DNA of 56,940 nucleotides. It comes from a virus (lineage: Duplodnaviria; Caudoviricetes). The stretch lies in IMG/VR virus record IMGVR_UViG_3300048590_001377, positions 1 through 56,940 of that record. One strand, 5' to 3'. Position 1 is the stretch's first letter, and every line of letters starts with the position of its first letter. Below, one piece after another: positions 12,201-19,456 of the stretch. Position numbers and translations under genes: made by a program. Below the pieces are notes generated by a model. It saw only the letters and a program-made list of their open reading frames with translations. It had not been told where the DNA came from and did not search any database.

Positions 12201-15200
12201 TTCCGTCAGTTGCGTGGCAAGATCGCCGCTTGCCTTCACCGTGTAGTCATTGGCGCGGTACATGCTGCCGCCTGCCGTCGGCTCACCCAGCACGTTCTCT
12301 GGGTGAGCGAGGAAGTATTGGCTAACGTTGTGCTCGCTCGATTCGCCAGTCTTTGGGTTCTCCAGCTTCTGCCTGCCCGAGTCCACCCATGCGCGTTCAC
12401 CATTCGGGATGCCGTTTTGGTGCTTCTGGAACACCAGCACGTCGGTGACGACTTCCGTGCCGGCGTTGCCCTTGAACGCGGTATCCGGCAGTCGTACAGC
12501 GGCGACCAGGCTGGCGCGTTCGGCGATCCACTTGCGTGCCCGGTTGTCGCGCGCGTCTAGGAAATTGTGCGAGACCACCATCATCGCAACGCCGCCGGGG
12601 CGCAGTTTGTCGATGGTCTTCGCTATGAAGTAGTTGTGAATGCTGAACCCTGAATACGGGCTGCGGTCGCTGTCCGCGATGGGTTCTTCGCCGAACGGTG
12701 GGTTGCCGATTGCAGCGTCAAAGAAGCCGCCCGGAACTTGGTAGTCCTCGAAGCCGCTGTTGGTAATCCGCGCGGACGGATACAGTCCAGCGGCGATCTT
12801 GGACGTGATCGGATCCAGCTCCACGCCAAACAGTTCGGCAGACTGGCGCAAGCGCGCCGGCATCATGCCGAAGAAGTTGCCTGTGCCGACGCTGGGCTCC
12901 AGTAGGCGTCCCTTGGTGAAGCCGAGGCGCTGAAGGCCATCGATCATCGGAGCCACGACTTCCTGACTTGTGAAGTGCGCATTGCGCGTGGACGCGCGCG
13001 CTGCGGCGTACTCGTCCGACGTCAACAGCTCCTTGAGTTCGGCATGCTGCTTGGCCCACTGCTTGTTGTTCTGGTCGAACACACCCTTGAGCGCGCCCCA
13101 GCCGACGTAGCGGGCAAGCTGCTTGCGTTCTTCAGGGGTGGCGACTCGGCCTTCAGCTTCGAGCGTCTTGACGATGCGGATAGCCGCGACGTTCTCGCGG
13201 TACTTTGTGGCCAGTCCGCCCTTGCCGAGGGCTTCCCCGGTGAGGTCGAAGTCCTCTACGGCGTCGGCGGTGCCGGGCTCAGCCCGTACAGTTCCGCGAT
13301 CTCGTGCTTCGCCAGATGCGTCATCGCGCGAGATTCGTACTGCACCTTGGCTTCCGTCTCTTCCTGCTCCCGAAGCGCCTGCAAAAAGATCCCCTGCGCC
13401 AGCAGCGCCTTCACCTGCTTCGGCCACCCCAGCATCCACCGATCCGCGATTTGCAGCGCCAGCGGCGGCATCGCTTCCATCTTCGCGAGCACGTCCGCCG
13501 GATACGAGCGGCGGCTGACCAGATTGTCGGTTTGCTTGGTCTGGAGCATCGACGGCCTCCTGTGCAGGATTATGCGCGTTTTCGGTGGTAGGTGCAACCG
13601 ACAGTGGGGCCTTCCCGGCGGCCGGTACCGCATCGGTCAAGCCATCCCGACCAATGACATTGACCGGGACGCGAACCGGCAAGGTGCCCTTGTTGCTGCC
13701 GTCCACCCACGGGTGACGCTGGACGTGGCTGGCCAGCTCGGCGGCCAGCTCGGCAGCGGTCAAGTCCGCCCGGCCCCACTGGTTGGCACCGCTCTTGCCC
13801 TGGGTGCCATTCGTGGTGCGGTACATCAGGGCAATGCCGCTGGTGGTGGAAGGCACCGCCCCGCGCAGTGTGGTGTCGCCGACATGCACGTAGATCCCGG
13901 TTCCATCCGGGGCGACCATGTGCAGGTACACGTCGCCAGAGCCGGCCATCCCGCTCTCGTTGACGCTCACGGCCTTGGCAGGCTTTCCCTTGCGGTCCAG
14001 CGTCACGGTGTAGCCCTGGTCCTCCAGCGCCTCGGCCACGGCCTTGAGGTAGGCGGACGCATCCTTCAGGAAGGCGTCCTTGGTGTCGTTGCCCTTCTCG
14101 CGGCTGCTCGTGTTCGAGTAGCCATTGATGTGGTCCACGCCCCAGTCGTCGCGCAGGGTGCGCGCGCCGCGGTCGGTGGTGGCCTTGGCGCGGGTCTTGC
14201 GCGGCGGCTTGGCATTGCCGATCGCATCCGCCTGCAGGTCGGCCGGGGTCAACAGCGCGTCGAACTCACGCTGGGCGTCGGCCGCGCTGTCCATCCCCTT
14301 GGCGTCGACGCCAGGGTAGTAGCGTACGCCCTCGTAGAAGCTCAGCAGGTACGGCTTGATCGCATCGCCCAGGTCATCCACCATCGCCTTGGCGTAGTCA
14401 GCGAACTTGCGCACTCCGGACTCAATGTAGGCACCGGCGATGGTCACGCCGTCCACGAACAACTCAGGATCCACACCGCTGTTGAGCTGGCCCAGCTTGG
14501 CCTTGAGCCGCGCTTTCGCGGCTGCAACCTTGTCGCTGGTGAACATCTTGTTGTTGGCGAACCGATCGGCGGTAGCCGCATCGTCGTCTACTATGTCAGC
14601 GTGCGTGGCTGCATCGCCAACCCCTTCAACAACGTAATCCTTCAAATCGCGTGGCCCAAGGATTGAGCGGAATACAGTTTTCTTCCCCTCCTGCGATGGC
14701 GTCGCCATTTCCTTCTTGGCCGAGTAGTCATCGGACCAGTAGATCCAGACATTCCCGCTGTTATCCACAGTGCGAACAACTCCACGAACCTTGGGATCGT
14801 GCACAGAATGGATGCGTCTCCCACGCATTCCCTCCACGCTGGCGTCAAGCTGGTCCAAATGCACATTGCCTGCGTCCTTGGATTCCTTCACGCGCTCGTC
14901 GTATTGCTCGTTGAAGCTCAGGTTGGTGTTTTTTGTTGGCGTGCCTTGCGTGGCGATACCAAGCACGCCATCCACCGCAGCGCGTGCAGATTTGTCGATA
15001 TACCGGATGTTCTTTGGCGTTCCGTCTCGGCTTCGCTCGAAGAGCGCCACCGCACGCCCATCCTCACCCACAACGGCGAACTCACCGCGCTTGGCGGCGC
15101 TGTTGTCTTCGATGCGGTATGTGGGTGTAGCCGGGTTGGCCTTGCCTCCGCCCTCGCTCGATGTCGCAACTTCTTGTCCCGCCTCGTCGTCTAAGATGTC

Positions 15201-18200
15201 TGCGTGCGTACCCTCCTTGAAGGGCGGGCCTGTGCGAACGCGCCCGTGCTCCACGGTGTAGTACGTGCCTGCTTTGCTCTTGCGGATGGGTGATCCATGG
15301 ATGTCCTCGCCGACAATGGGGTCGTTGGCTGGATCGACAGTCTCACGCGGGGTGCTCACAGCCTTCTGCACCGCCTTCGGCCCCACGCGCCCCGTGGAAC
15401 CATCATCAAAGGTGATGCCATAGTTCTTGCCAAGGCTGGTGACTGAGCCGGACTTGCCCTTGTGCGCGCCGCCCGTGATGTTCACGCGGTCGCCAACGAC
15501 GGGCGCGGCAGGTTCGGCGCTCGATTGGGCTGGCTGCGCGGCCTTTTGGTCGGCGTCCGATTTCCGAATTGCCACAAAGCCAGCGCCGTGCGCCGTGATC
15601 TCGTAGTCGTCAAGGTTCTGGCCGTCATCGGTCACGGCCTTCTTCGCCGCCCGCGCGGTCTTGAACGGCTTCTCGCCAGTGCGCGTCGTGATGGCGTAGT
15701 ACGGCAAGCCTGGGCCAGCCGCACGCTTGCTGCCGTCCAGATCAAGGTTCTCGCGGTGGATGGTCTGGTGTCGGTCTTTTGCGCGGTACTGTGTGCCACG
15801 GCTGGTGTACATCGGAAGCTGTGTCGCGCTTTCGTCAGCCAGCGCATCCTTGTGGACAAAGACGGTTTTCCCGTTCACGTCCTTCGTCTTCACCAAGTCC
15901 GAAGGCGAAACGTCACGCTGGTAATGCTTGAGGTGGATGGCCGTCTTGATGCCGGGGGGTGCGACCTGTGCATCAGGCTCGACCGCTTCCGGCGTTGCTG
16001 GCTCGGATGGCGTGGCGGGCTCGTCTTGGGTTTCATCAGGGGCAGCAAGGTCTGCATCAGGGGCAACAATGGGCGGCATGCCGGCACGCTGTTCGTCCGC
16101 GTTCTGCGGCAGGGGTCCATCGGGCGCGGCTGCAATCGAATCCGGTGCAGCATCAGGGAATGGCACGGCGGGCCGTACCGGCTCAGGCGCGGCCACTTCT
16201 GGGGATTGTGCGCTCGCCACTTCTGGCGCCCCGGCACTTTCTGCGGTTGGCGCTGCGGTCGCAGGCGTGAAGCCCTTGCGAATGTCGCGCGCCACCTTGG
16301 TGATGGCCGTGGGCGATACGTCAACGCCGCTGGCCTGCCATGCGTAGGCGATGGCGTCCGAATCCAGTGCTGTGTTTCCGTGCGCGGCAAACTGCGCCTG
16401 CATCTGCGATTCCAGCGCGGCGCGCATATCCTCGCGGCCTGGAATGGCGACTGCGCCGGTTTCCTGATTCACCCACGATGGCGTCAATGGCGCAACGATG
16501 CCATTTTGTGCAGGCGGTACGGCGCGTGGTGGCGCTTCTTCCGGCTGGGGTTCTGGAACTTGGGCTTGATCCTGGGCCGACGGCTCCGCAAGGTCGGCTC
16601 CCAACATGTTGGCCAGCATGGCCGGGTTGCCCATGTTGCGACGCAAGACGGTCTGCAACTCGGCTTCAGCGTCGGTCAGCCCGCCTTCGCCGGCGGCCCA
16701 AGCATCCAACTCGGCGAGCTTGGCTTGGGCGCGTCGCGTCACTTCGTCGGCGGCGATTTGCCGACGTTTCGGCGCGGCATTGGCGGGTGCCAGCGTCTGC
16801 ACCACAGCGGAAAGATCGCCCGAACCGGGTTGTGTCGTCGCCAGTGCGTTGACGGCATCCGATGCGGTACTTGGCTTGGCTCCGGGAAAGGGAATCTGCG
16901 GACGCACTGGCGTGCCGGTTGCCGCAGCATCGGTCACGCCGTTGGGTTTTTGGCTGGTCTGGCCGGTGGCGGGGTTGATGATTGCCGGGCGGGCTTTGTT
17001 CCCAGTCTGCACCAGATAGTCCGCAAGGTTCTGCTCTGCGTAGGCGCGTGTTTCAGGCGTCGGGGCCGAAGCCACATCTTCGCGCAGGCGTTTGATGGTT
17101 CCGGCTTGGATCGCCGCCGTGATGTCCGTAGGGTCGCGGCTCAGAACGCGATCCAATCGCTCGTTCGTATTCCCATCGCTCGGCGCTTGGAGCGCCCCCG
17201 CAGGAACGCCCATTCCAGCGCCCAGCACCGCGCCCAAGGCACCGGCCTTGCCGACACCCTCATCCCACGGGCGAAAGGTCCGCACGTTCTGACTGATTTG
17301 CTCACCGGACTCGGCGATGCCTTCCTCTGCCGCCTCACCCGCGCCACCCAACAAGGCGTTGCGCCAGCGTGATGCGCCCGCTGCGCCTTGCCCGAGCATC
17401 GCTTTTTCGATGGTCGCACCGTGCGGAATCAGGAATGGCGTGACCGCATTGATGGCAAACGACTCGGCAAAGGCGTTCGACTCGGCATTCTTGATGAGCC
17501 AGTCCCGAACATCCTCATCCGAATCCGTTTCCAGCGCCGCCTTGAGCCGCCCAAACTCAGGTTGCGCCTTGAGCTTCTCCATCGGCATGGCTTCGAGCGT
17601 TGCCCGAACCTCGTTGCCCTGGAGTGATCCCGCCATCGCCGCCTGCAATCCGACGTTGAAGGCCGTGGCTGCCCGCTCGCCCGCCAACGCCGACTGCGCG
17701 CCACGCGCCAGCGCACCCGCCGTGGTCGCACCCTTGGCCACCACGCCACCCGGCACCATCTGCGCCAACACCTTGGTGGCTTCCGTTGCCGTGTAGGCCG
17801 GGTTCGTCGCCAGAAACTTGGCGGTATCCCACGCGCCTTCGGTGTCGTTGAGCTGTTCGGCCTGCATTTGGTGGCCCACGGACATCTTGCTGCGCTGGTC
17901 GGCGGCAATGTCGTGGAACACGCCTGCCGCCTTCTTCACGACATCGGGTTGCTCGATATGCAGTGCCTTCTGGATACCCACGCCCGTGCTCGGGCTGAGT
18001 TTCTCGATCGCCATGCGCAAGGGCGAATACGCTACGGCGGCATTGACCAGCCCAACCGGCGCCTCGATCAATCCACCCACGGCGGACGCCACACCTTCGC
18101 CGGCGGCATGGCGCTGATCGGAGATGAACTCACCAAACGTCCGACCGACCGGCGCGGCCGACATGCCGGGGCCGTTGTACCCATCGGCCGCGGGCGGCAG

Positions 18201-18338
18201 CGGATCGCGTGTTGGCGGTTTTGAATCAGACTGCCCAACATCAGGCCGCTGAATCTTCGACCTCAGAACATCGTCGAACAAGCCCGGCGAGCTTTGTCTG
18301 TTGCCATCACCGAGAACATCGTCGAACAAGCCGGCCAT
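216..18338 (-). CDS. Giant polyvalent virion/ejection protein (~6040 aa): DarB-like N6-adenine methyltransferase + SNF2-type helicase, two metallopeptidase-like modules, ART-like module, PLxRFG-like C-terminal region
   Basis: Start re-called to MAGLFDD (ATG at 18338, AAGGA upstream). MTase motifs EPSVGTGNF (~12874-12900) and NPPF (12693-12704). Helicase motifs HVVGAGKT (~10815-10838), DELH, TGTP, QREGRVIRRGN. HEMVGH (~7326-7343) and HEAIGH (~5910-5927). WHGTPH..GTG..QAYG (~6870-6960). YFPLQRQG (~2284-2310). Confidence 0.9.
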   Translation of the reverse strand: MAGLFDDVLGDGNRQSSPGLFDDVLRSKIQRPDVGQSDSKPPTRDPLPPAADGYNGPGMSAAPVGRTFGEFISDQRHAAGEGVASAVGGLIEAPVGLVNAAVAYSPLRMAIEKLSPSTGVGIQKALHIEQPDVVKKAAGVFHDIAADQRSKMSVGHQMQAEQLNDTEGAWDTAKFLATNPAYTATEATKVLAQMVPGGVVAKGATTAGALARGAQSALAGERAATAFNVGLQAAMAGSLQGNEVRATLEAMPMEKLKAQPEFGRLKAALETDSDEDVRDWLIKNAESNAFAESFAINAVTPFLIPHGATIEKAMLGQGAAGASRWRNALLGGAGEAAEEGIAESGEQISQNVRTFRPWDEGVGKAGALGAVLGAGMGVPAGALQAPSDGNTNERLDRVLSRDPTDITAAIQAGTIKRLREDVASAPTPETRAYAEQNLADYLVQTGNKARPAIINPATGQTSQKPNGVTDAAATGTPVRPQIPFPGAKPSTASDAVNALATTQPGSGDLSAVVQTLAPANAAPKRRQIAADEVTRRAQAKLAELDAWAAGEGGLTDAEAELQTVLRRNMGNPAMLANMLGADLAEPSAQDQAQVPEPQPEEAPPRAVPPAQNGIVAPLTPSWVNQETGAVAIPGREDMRAALESQMQAQFAAHGNTALDSDAIAYAWQASGVDVSPTAITKVARDIRKGFTPATAAPTAESAGAPEVASAQSPEVAAPEPVRPAVPFPDAAPDSIAAAPDGPLPQNADEQRAGMPPIVAPDADLAAPDETQDEPATPSEPATPEAVEPDAQVAPPGIKTAIHLKHYQRDVSPSDLVKTKDVNGKTVFVHKDALADESATQLPMYTSRGTQYRAKDRHQTIHRENLDLDGSKRAAGPGLPYYAITTRTGEKPFKTARAAKKAVTDDGQNLDDYEITAHGAGFVAIRKSDADQKAAQPAQSSAEPAAPVVGDRVNITGGAHKGKSGSVTSLGKNYGITFDDGSTGRVGPKAVQKAVSTPRETVDPANDPIVGEDIHGSPIRKSKAGTYYTVEHGRVRTGPPFKEGTHADILDDEAGQEVATSSEGGGKANPATPTYRIEDNSAAKRGEFAVVGEDGRAVALFERSRDGTPKNIRYIDKSARAAVDGVLGIATQGTPTKNTNLSFNEQYDERVKESKDAGNVHLDQLDASVEGMRGRRIHSVHDPKVRGVVRTVDNSGNVWIYWSDDYSAKKEMATPSQEGKKTVFRSILGPRDLKDYVVEGVGDAATHADIVDDDAATADRFANNKMFTSDKVAAAKARLKAKLGQLNSGVDPELFVDGVTIAGAYIESGVRKFADYAKAMVDDLGDAIKPYLLSFYEGVRYYPGVDAKGMDSAADAQREFDALLTPADLQADAIGNAKPPRKTRAKATTDRGARTLRDDWGVDHINGYSNTSSREKGNDTKDAFLKDASAYLKAVAEALEDQGYTVTLDRKGKPAKAVSVNESGMAGSGDVYLHMVAPDGTGIYVHVGDTTLRGAVPSTTSGIALMYRTTNGTQGKSGANQWGRADLTAAELAAELASHVQRHPWVDGSNKGTLPVRVPVNVIGRDGLTDAVPAAGKAPLSVAPTTENAHNPAQEAVDAPDQANRQSGQPPLVSGGRAREDGSDAAAGAANRGSVDAGVAEAGEGAAGAGDLFAGASGAGRDGSQGAVRISRDDASGEARDRGTVRAEPGTADAVEDFDLTGEALGKGGLATKYRENVAAIRIVKTLEAEGRVATPEERKQLARYVGWGALKGVFDQNNKQWAKQHAELKELLTSDEYAAARASTRNAHFTSQEVVAPMIDGLQRLGFTKGRLLEPSVGTGNFFGMMPARLRQSAELFGVELDPITSKIAAGLYPSARITNSGFEDYQVPGGFFDAAIGNPPFGEEPIADSDRSPYSGFSIHNYFIAKTIDKLRPGGVAMMVVSHNFLDARDNRARKWIAERASLVAAVRLPDTAFKGNAGTEVVTDVLVFQKHQNGIPNGERAWVDSGRQKLENPKTGESSEHNVSQYFLAHPENVLGEPTAGGSMYRANDYTVKASGDLATQLTEWVNRLPEGIYQPIDRTESMQKAEVPDGIKVGSYYVDGKGVIQQRGEDTAGAKTADAWTPPNAKAEARMRGMIAVRDALRAQMLLERDPLATDKAIAASRNRLNKAYDTFLKEHGYLNSPTNYRLFKEDSDSDLVQALEFDYDNGISKAVADREGIEPRAASARKADIFERRVAFPQNDMQAVFSAKDALIASLNYRGTVDPAYMARVYGKDQDAIVAELGDLVYSTPEGGIETADAYLSGDVKTKLAEAEAAAKADSAFTRNVKALKAVIPKDKSPSEIHISLGAHFVPSSIVEDFIEHITGAKVSTSYVKSLGRWMFNKTGHIDEVRNAQTWGTPHIGADKIIQQTIDGRTVVVTKTEKVGDSTRTIVLEAETEAAREKQNAIRNEWKSWLWRDPERGEKVLAEYNDKMNRTVRRSYDGSHLSLPGKNPAITLLKHQLDGIWRGLQSRQILLDHVVGAGKTFQIVGMIMEMRRLGIARKPVLAVPNHLTLQWRSEFTRLYPGARVLAARPEDFSKENRPKLFSKIVTGDWDAVILGHSSLKKIGLPSEVEANILKEQIDDLAKAIEEIKRERGDRNIVRDMEGIKRNLEAKMKERLSAAGPRDKVLTFDELGLDALGVDELHEFKNLTYSSTMTKVPGMGNPKGSARAFDLFMKTQWLFKTYGDQAPLITATGTPVSNSLVEMYNVQRYMQYPQMKRDGLHMFDAWARAYGSVENVYEVAPSGSGFRASSRFAKFQNLSSLMADYLSFADVITLDDLKVQEEARGGRFPVPKVKGGRPQLVVAPRSPLVADFMGVPKLSRWPDGGAKFKLDLAHGDTFETEDMDGKVFLRMHKAGDDTQAIALGTYENAEEARAGAVEAALTPEIDLDEKSVLGRFARVRELTRETKGKVNALSLTGEANKAGLDYRLINPNAPDFPDSKINRAVDNIVAEYKAWKKDKGTQLVFCDMSVPISARAALANKPKRAYVRDTDGSVIHRRATLHSLEGAEELPFLIVEARAKTKDRPAAFAVYDAATGHLMADDQPSRAAAKEWAESALAGADARARWVKDREASGELQQEEIDEYNDANEIDTAEVEAVTLQDIAGVSASAGFSVYDDMRAKLIKNGIPEREIAFIHDYSTPSAKAKLFAAVNRGDVRVLFGSTPKMGAGTNVQERAVALHHIDAPWKPSDLEQREGRVIRRGNKLYDRDPEGFEVGIYRYATAQTYDARRWQILEHKARGIEQLRTFDGTINEIDDIDGEASNAADMKAAASGDPLILRETQLRNDVKRLENLEAAHADNVVAARRAAQRSKEDAEKYLPRKLKTIETMLAERLPDTKEGVPTGSAVGGKKISDRKEFTQAIARAVGEIARDVVLGRNPDDLTIKWRGLSFEVTAGVFGSVHVGNDLGDILSFVAKEADSFSASGLITRMNNAVDRLDAQKTSLTEQIEEARTKAERFIEEAAKPFADAENLASARRDFKSVQRLLLMKGPDLQAADKKTLDAGLETQREALRKAGLGDALDEMLAARRGSEGMFSRTDPETGNVVLFSRHNESTDPIENPLSVQEVEDAIAGIRLSSRAGLARNGVKVVVVPDYSGFPPNEDGSPHTFTAGYIPGTSTIAIVAMRVRNARSARKALIHEMVGHFGLNLFPPKVKQDILDRINRTRDGKALSGVWKEIKALYADKSEIEQAEEVFARIAEDTPSNMRLWWDRFIANFLTPALRKLGLVGPITKSELRVLAAEIARGIREGAVQRTAADGSMLEQRVWHGTPHRGIEQTGFKLNKIGTGAGAQAYGYGMNFASRREIAEWYAENVRTDATFGALILSTPVEQKIRGWMQEADRNGDRMAAGVYDELLAGDLTPAVLRRQYADSLRDGEIEQSEHDQAVAAIERAEQLLEGRGQLYHAEIPEDSDLLDWDKPLSEQPEKVRKAIKERAPFEALDFMSGWDIYDAASAYSASEKAGRYVVDGKDPQAGSALLNSIGIPGLRYLDGNSRRDGKGSHNYVIWDEALLTPEKAQITPYYSRAENNKSSFLTSAADVQAAVRNVLDTWKGDKPVVRLVRSVAEARKQGANLPADAPSDVEGWWDGGSTVWIVAGNNRDVARALETLSHEAIGHYGIERVMGKEAWARLVADVKRLRGLKQSDVSPKIWKALQSAERRYGNESAETFAKEFLAIMAEQGIRSGLTMRVVAKIRQFLAKLGIPMNISKAFREAELLDALYRGRKRVTQAPRGQAASTGRPAREMAFSQSTPTFYSAMLDAVSKAQGVPKKGGDAAFWKGWMDGAIRRGEMKQAERDWLGVDDWLAKQDGAVARDHLTDFIRANQVQVQDVVLGDNDAVEAEVEAWWNDESGANEETPYSELTDAERRDARERYRDEVAQYAEGGPDTKFGQYQLPGGENYRELLLTLPVQELKAGDKLGGGTVNWKNADGSYNVTMPDGSKRVIGNDTRQGVYRSNHFDQPNILAHVRFNERTDADGKKVLFLEEIQSDWHQAGRKQGYARADRPDAEVLKLLEDAGYTASHNGTNWVVTSKDGSPVTNKLAGGSAPNQFAANLAQVAQMVLGRRDLRAALGAVPDAPFKATDEWAMLAFKRMVRMAAENGFDRIAWATGEQQAERYDLSKQVDAIRLDGDFDQSIEVSVARDGEGFEHIRSTTKEGLAEIVGKEIADKAINGGQREFRGVDLKVGGSGMRGFYDKILPSAVNKWAKPFGARAGSTRLVGSSTTAELESAAAASGYSRAELDAMPASDRIKAVEAKLKPVHAIDLTPKMRDAALAGQPMFSRKDDATKMPSGVGNLSQDQLDVLRQLGLLSQEQEADLSGREQGNRDERPINEWGERITTEQDKAAYLRLWGRPYGELPDGASPESSAAVGAESRPLERVVRRLSESATRELGGVHDAARDFSVRLGPFSGYQTRARVKNQGMPQEALVVEVFGKEQVEAGVNEEPALTWTIHVGTGEMDVNGPNPDRATFRAFHKRGWADHARGQDGEVAAGWTALRNPDGSASLPMGQILPMLADVHARYRALRKEDRVGLHWSRITGATGGMAGREAAVFFSRPDPTPSNPTGSPLVGNEPAIVSNFEKLLRPGKAVVQAAKNLLEQFRPVWLGAFTLDQLVELAGKRLPQIKHYADILQELDVDRNVMQEEAGTFADEWQKWAAKHREDSIALNDLMHEATIAGTDPAKDFAPLPIMFGGQKLEANKENVKQVLLAIREQMRGRAGDSKREMLARAKEVRGLIKRNARREKDHKTLQEQWQALSPEAQAMYRRARDMYAKRRDQREAALKQRIRDMDMDDRRKQSTIAKIQAMFEAQRVQAPYFPLQRQGDFWISAESPEGEPTYIMREKVGEWQKEIDALKAAGFKIKATGRKGEKARLLEGASAKFITEVIQHLQKTGAPIQAQDDIYQMYLQSLPEMSQRKHSIHRKAVSGYGQDAIRNFASNMLHEAHQIARLKYSHQLEGFVNRAEKHNNAVRKHGDADPKQIAAADAMLSELKKRHEWIMNPSNSRAASTATSLGFVYYLGLTPATALVNLTQVVQTTLPHLSAHPDIGLAKASTLLTSAMKDALRTGGNIGKTLTKPEERRAYRMLVDRGALDKSLAHNLAGLSGGDSTKYNPAYAKAMEIIAFMFHKAEVVNREATGMAAFRAMRLAGKSFDEAVQFATDAIWKTHFNYGNSNRPRWMQSDTAKVLFLFKQYSQNMTWFLGRNAYQALKGETKAVRRQALKTLSGTLGMTGIMAGAMGMPLLPIVFTVLNAVAASFGDDDDYFDAETELRNFLADVLGQRGGRIVTEGVVNELTGANIAGRVGLSDMWVREPNRELEGRDSFAYYLEQLAGPVFGMGKNLFVGKQLMDEGHLMRGWETILPKAFRDGLKAFRFGTEGVNTLRGDPVIEGVSPWQLATQASGFSLAEASAQYEANNAAMKFETHVIGRRQALMDAYAMALRMNDLQAHAKVLDGIRRFNAKYPELGIKASTLRNSLRARQRYSDRSQGGVVLNPNLADRSREQARFGAGSP
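13256..13549 (-). CDS. Putative nested same-strand, alternative-frame gene inside the giant gene, 97 aa
   Basis: AGGAGG 6 nt before the ATG. The product (MLQTKQ...IADRWMLGWPKQVKALL...HLAKHEIAELYGLSPAPP) looks globular, while the host frame here is a G/A/R/D-rich linker. Confidence 0.65.
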   Translation of the reverse strand: MLQTKQTDNLVSRRSYPADVLAKMEAMPPLALQIADRWMLGWPKQVKALLAQGIFLQALREQEETEAKVQYESRAMTHLAKHEIAELYGLSPAPPTP

Positions 18339-18400
18339 CTTGATTCCTTGAGAAAGGGGCAGCCTTTCGGCGGCCATAAGTGTGCGTGAATTGAGCGCGA

Positions 18401-19447
18401 TTACAGCCCAGCGGTCGAGTACCCGGCACTACGCAGACGCTTCGCGGCTTCTTCTCTGGAGATGCCGCCCGACGCAATGGCTTGACGCGCCTGTGCGACG
18501 ACATCGGATTGGGACTGCCTCGCTCCCTGCCCGCCGTACCGGTCCGCGTTCGCCGCAAGCTGTGCGGCACGATCCTCTGGGTTCATGACGCTCTCCAAGG
18601 TGGCCGCGTCAGCACGCGCCAGTGCATTGATATTCGCAATCGACAAACGTGGATCAATCTGCGGCGGCGGGGCCAACACAGGATTTCCGCCATGATCGCG
18701 CAACGATGTGAACCCGCCTCCAGGCGTGGCGTAACCCATGACACCCCCATCCGCCGTGACAAGTTGGGGCGCGTTCTGTTGCGCCTGCATCTGCTGTTCG
18801 AACAGTGATCGCCGTAGGCTACGATCCGCCTCACCCTGCCCGGCCCGAAATGCACGGTTCGCCTCACCCTGCCCGGCTTGGAATGTGCGATCCGCCACCC
18901 CCTCAGCGGCGCGAGCGGCATTGTTCTCTGCTGCAATCGTCTGCTGATTCCCCAGCGACGCGCCGGTCTGCCTTTCTTGCGACCGCAATTTCTGCGCCTC
19001 AAGGAATCGCTGGTGCGCATCGCCAGAAATCGAACGCGCTTGATCCAGCCAGAAGTCCCGCCCTGCCCCGGCCACACTCGCAGCCGCCGCGAGCTGCGCC
19101 CGCGTATAGGTGCCCTTCGACGCACGCGCCATCCGCATAACGTCACTGCTGGCCATCTCGGCCCTGCGGGCCATCTCACCACTCACGCTGCGCGGATCGA
19201 GAATTGCCGCACGCGATCCGCTCGGATTCGGCTCCATGGGCGTGGCCCTGATCTCAACCCGCGGCTGAGAAATAGCACGCGCCATTGGCTGCGCGGTGCT
19301 GGGTTCTGCGATAGCCGGCGTTGCACCCGTGCCCGCGTCGGGTCTGCGAACCGCCGGCATGGAGCCAGTTTGCGTCCCAAGTTCTCGCCCTTTCGTGTCG
19401 AACTCGCGCCGGCGCCCGTCGCTCCCAATGAAATATCCGTTTGACAT
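18401..19447 (-). CDS. Putative internal virion/ejection protein, 348 aa
   Basis: GAGGA RBS; Ala/Gln/Arg-rich; short repeats (FQAGQGEANR/FRAGQGEADR); lies directly upstream of the giant gene. Confidence 0.6.
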   Translation of the reverse strand: MSNGYFIGSDGRRREFDTKGRELGTQTGSMPAVRRPDAGTGATPAIAEPSTAQPMARAISQPRVEIRATPMEPNPSGSRAAILDPRSVSGEMARRAEMASSDVMRMARASKGTYTRAQLAAAASVAGAGRDFWLDQARSISGDAHQRFLEAQKLRSQERQTGASLGNQQTIAAENNAARAAEGVADRTFQAGQGEANRAFRAGQGEADRSLRRSLFEQQMQAQQNAPQLVTADGGVMGYATPGGGFTSLRDHGGNPVLAPPPQIDPRLSIANINALARADAATLESVMNPEDRAAQLAANADRYGGQGARQSQSDVVAQARQAIASGGISREEAAKRLRSAGYSTAGL

Positions 19448-19456
19448 GTCGATTCC

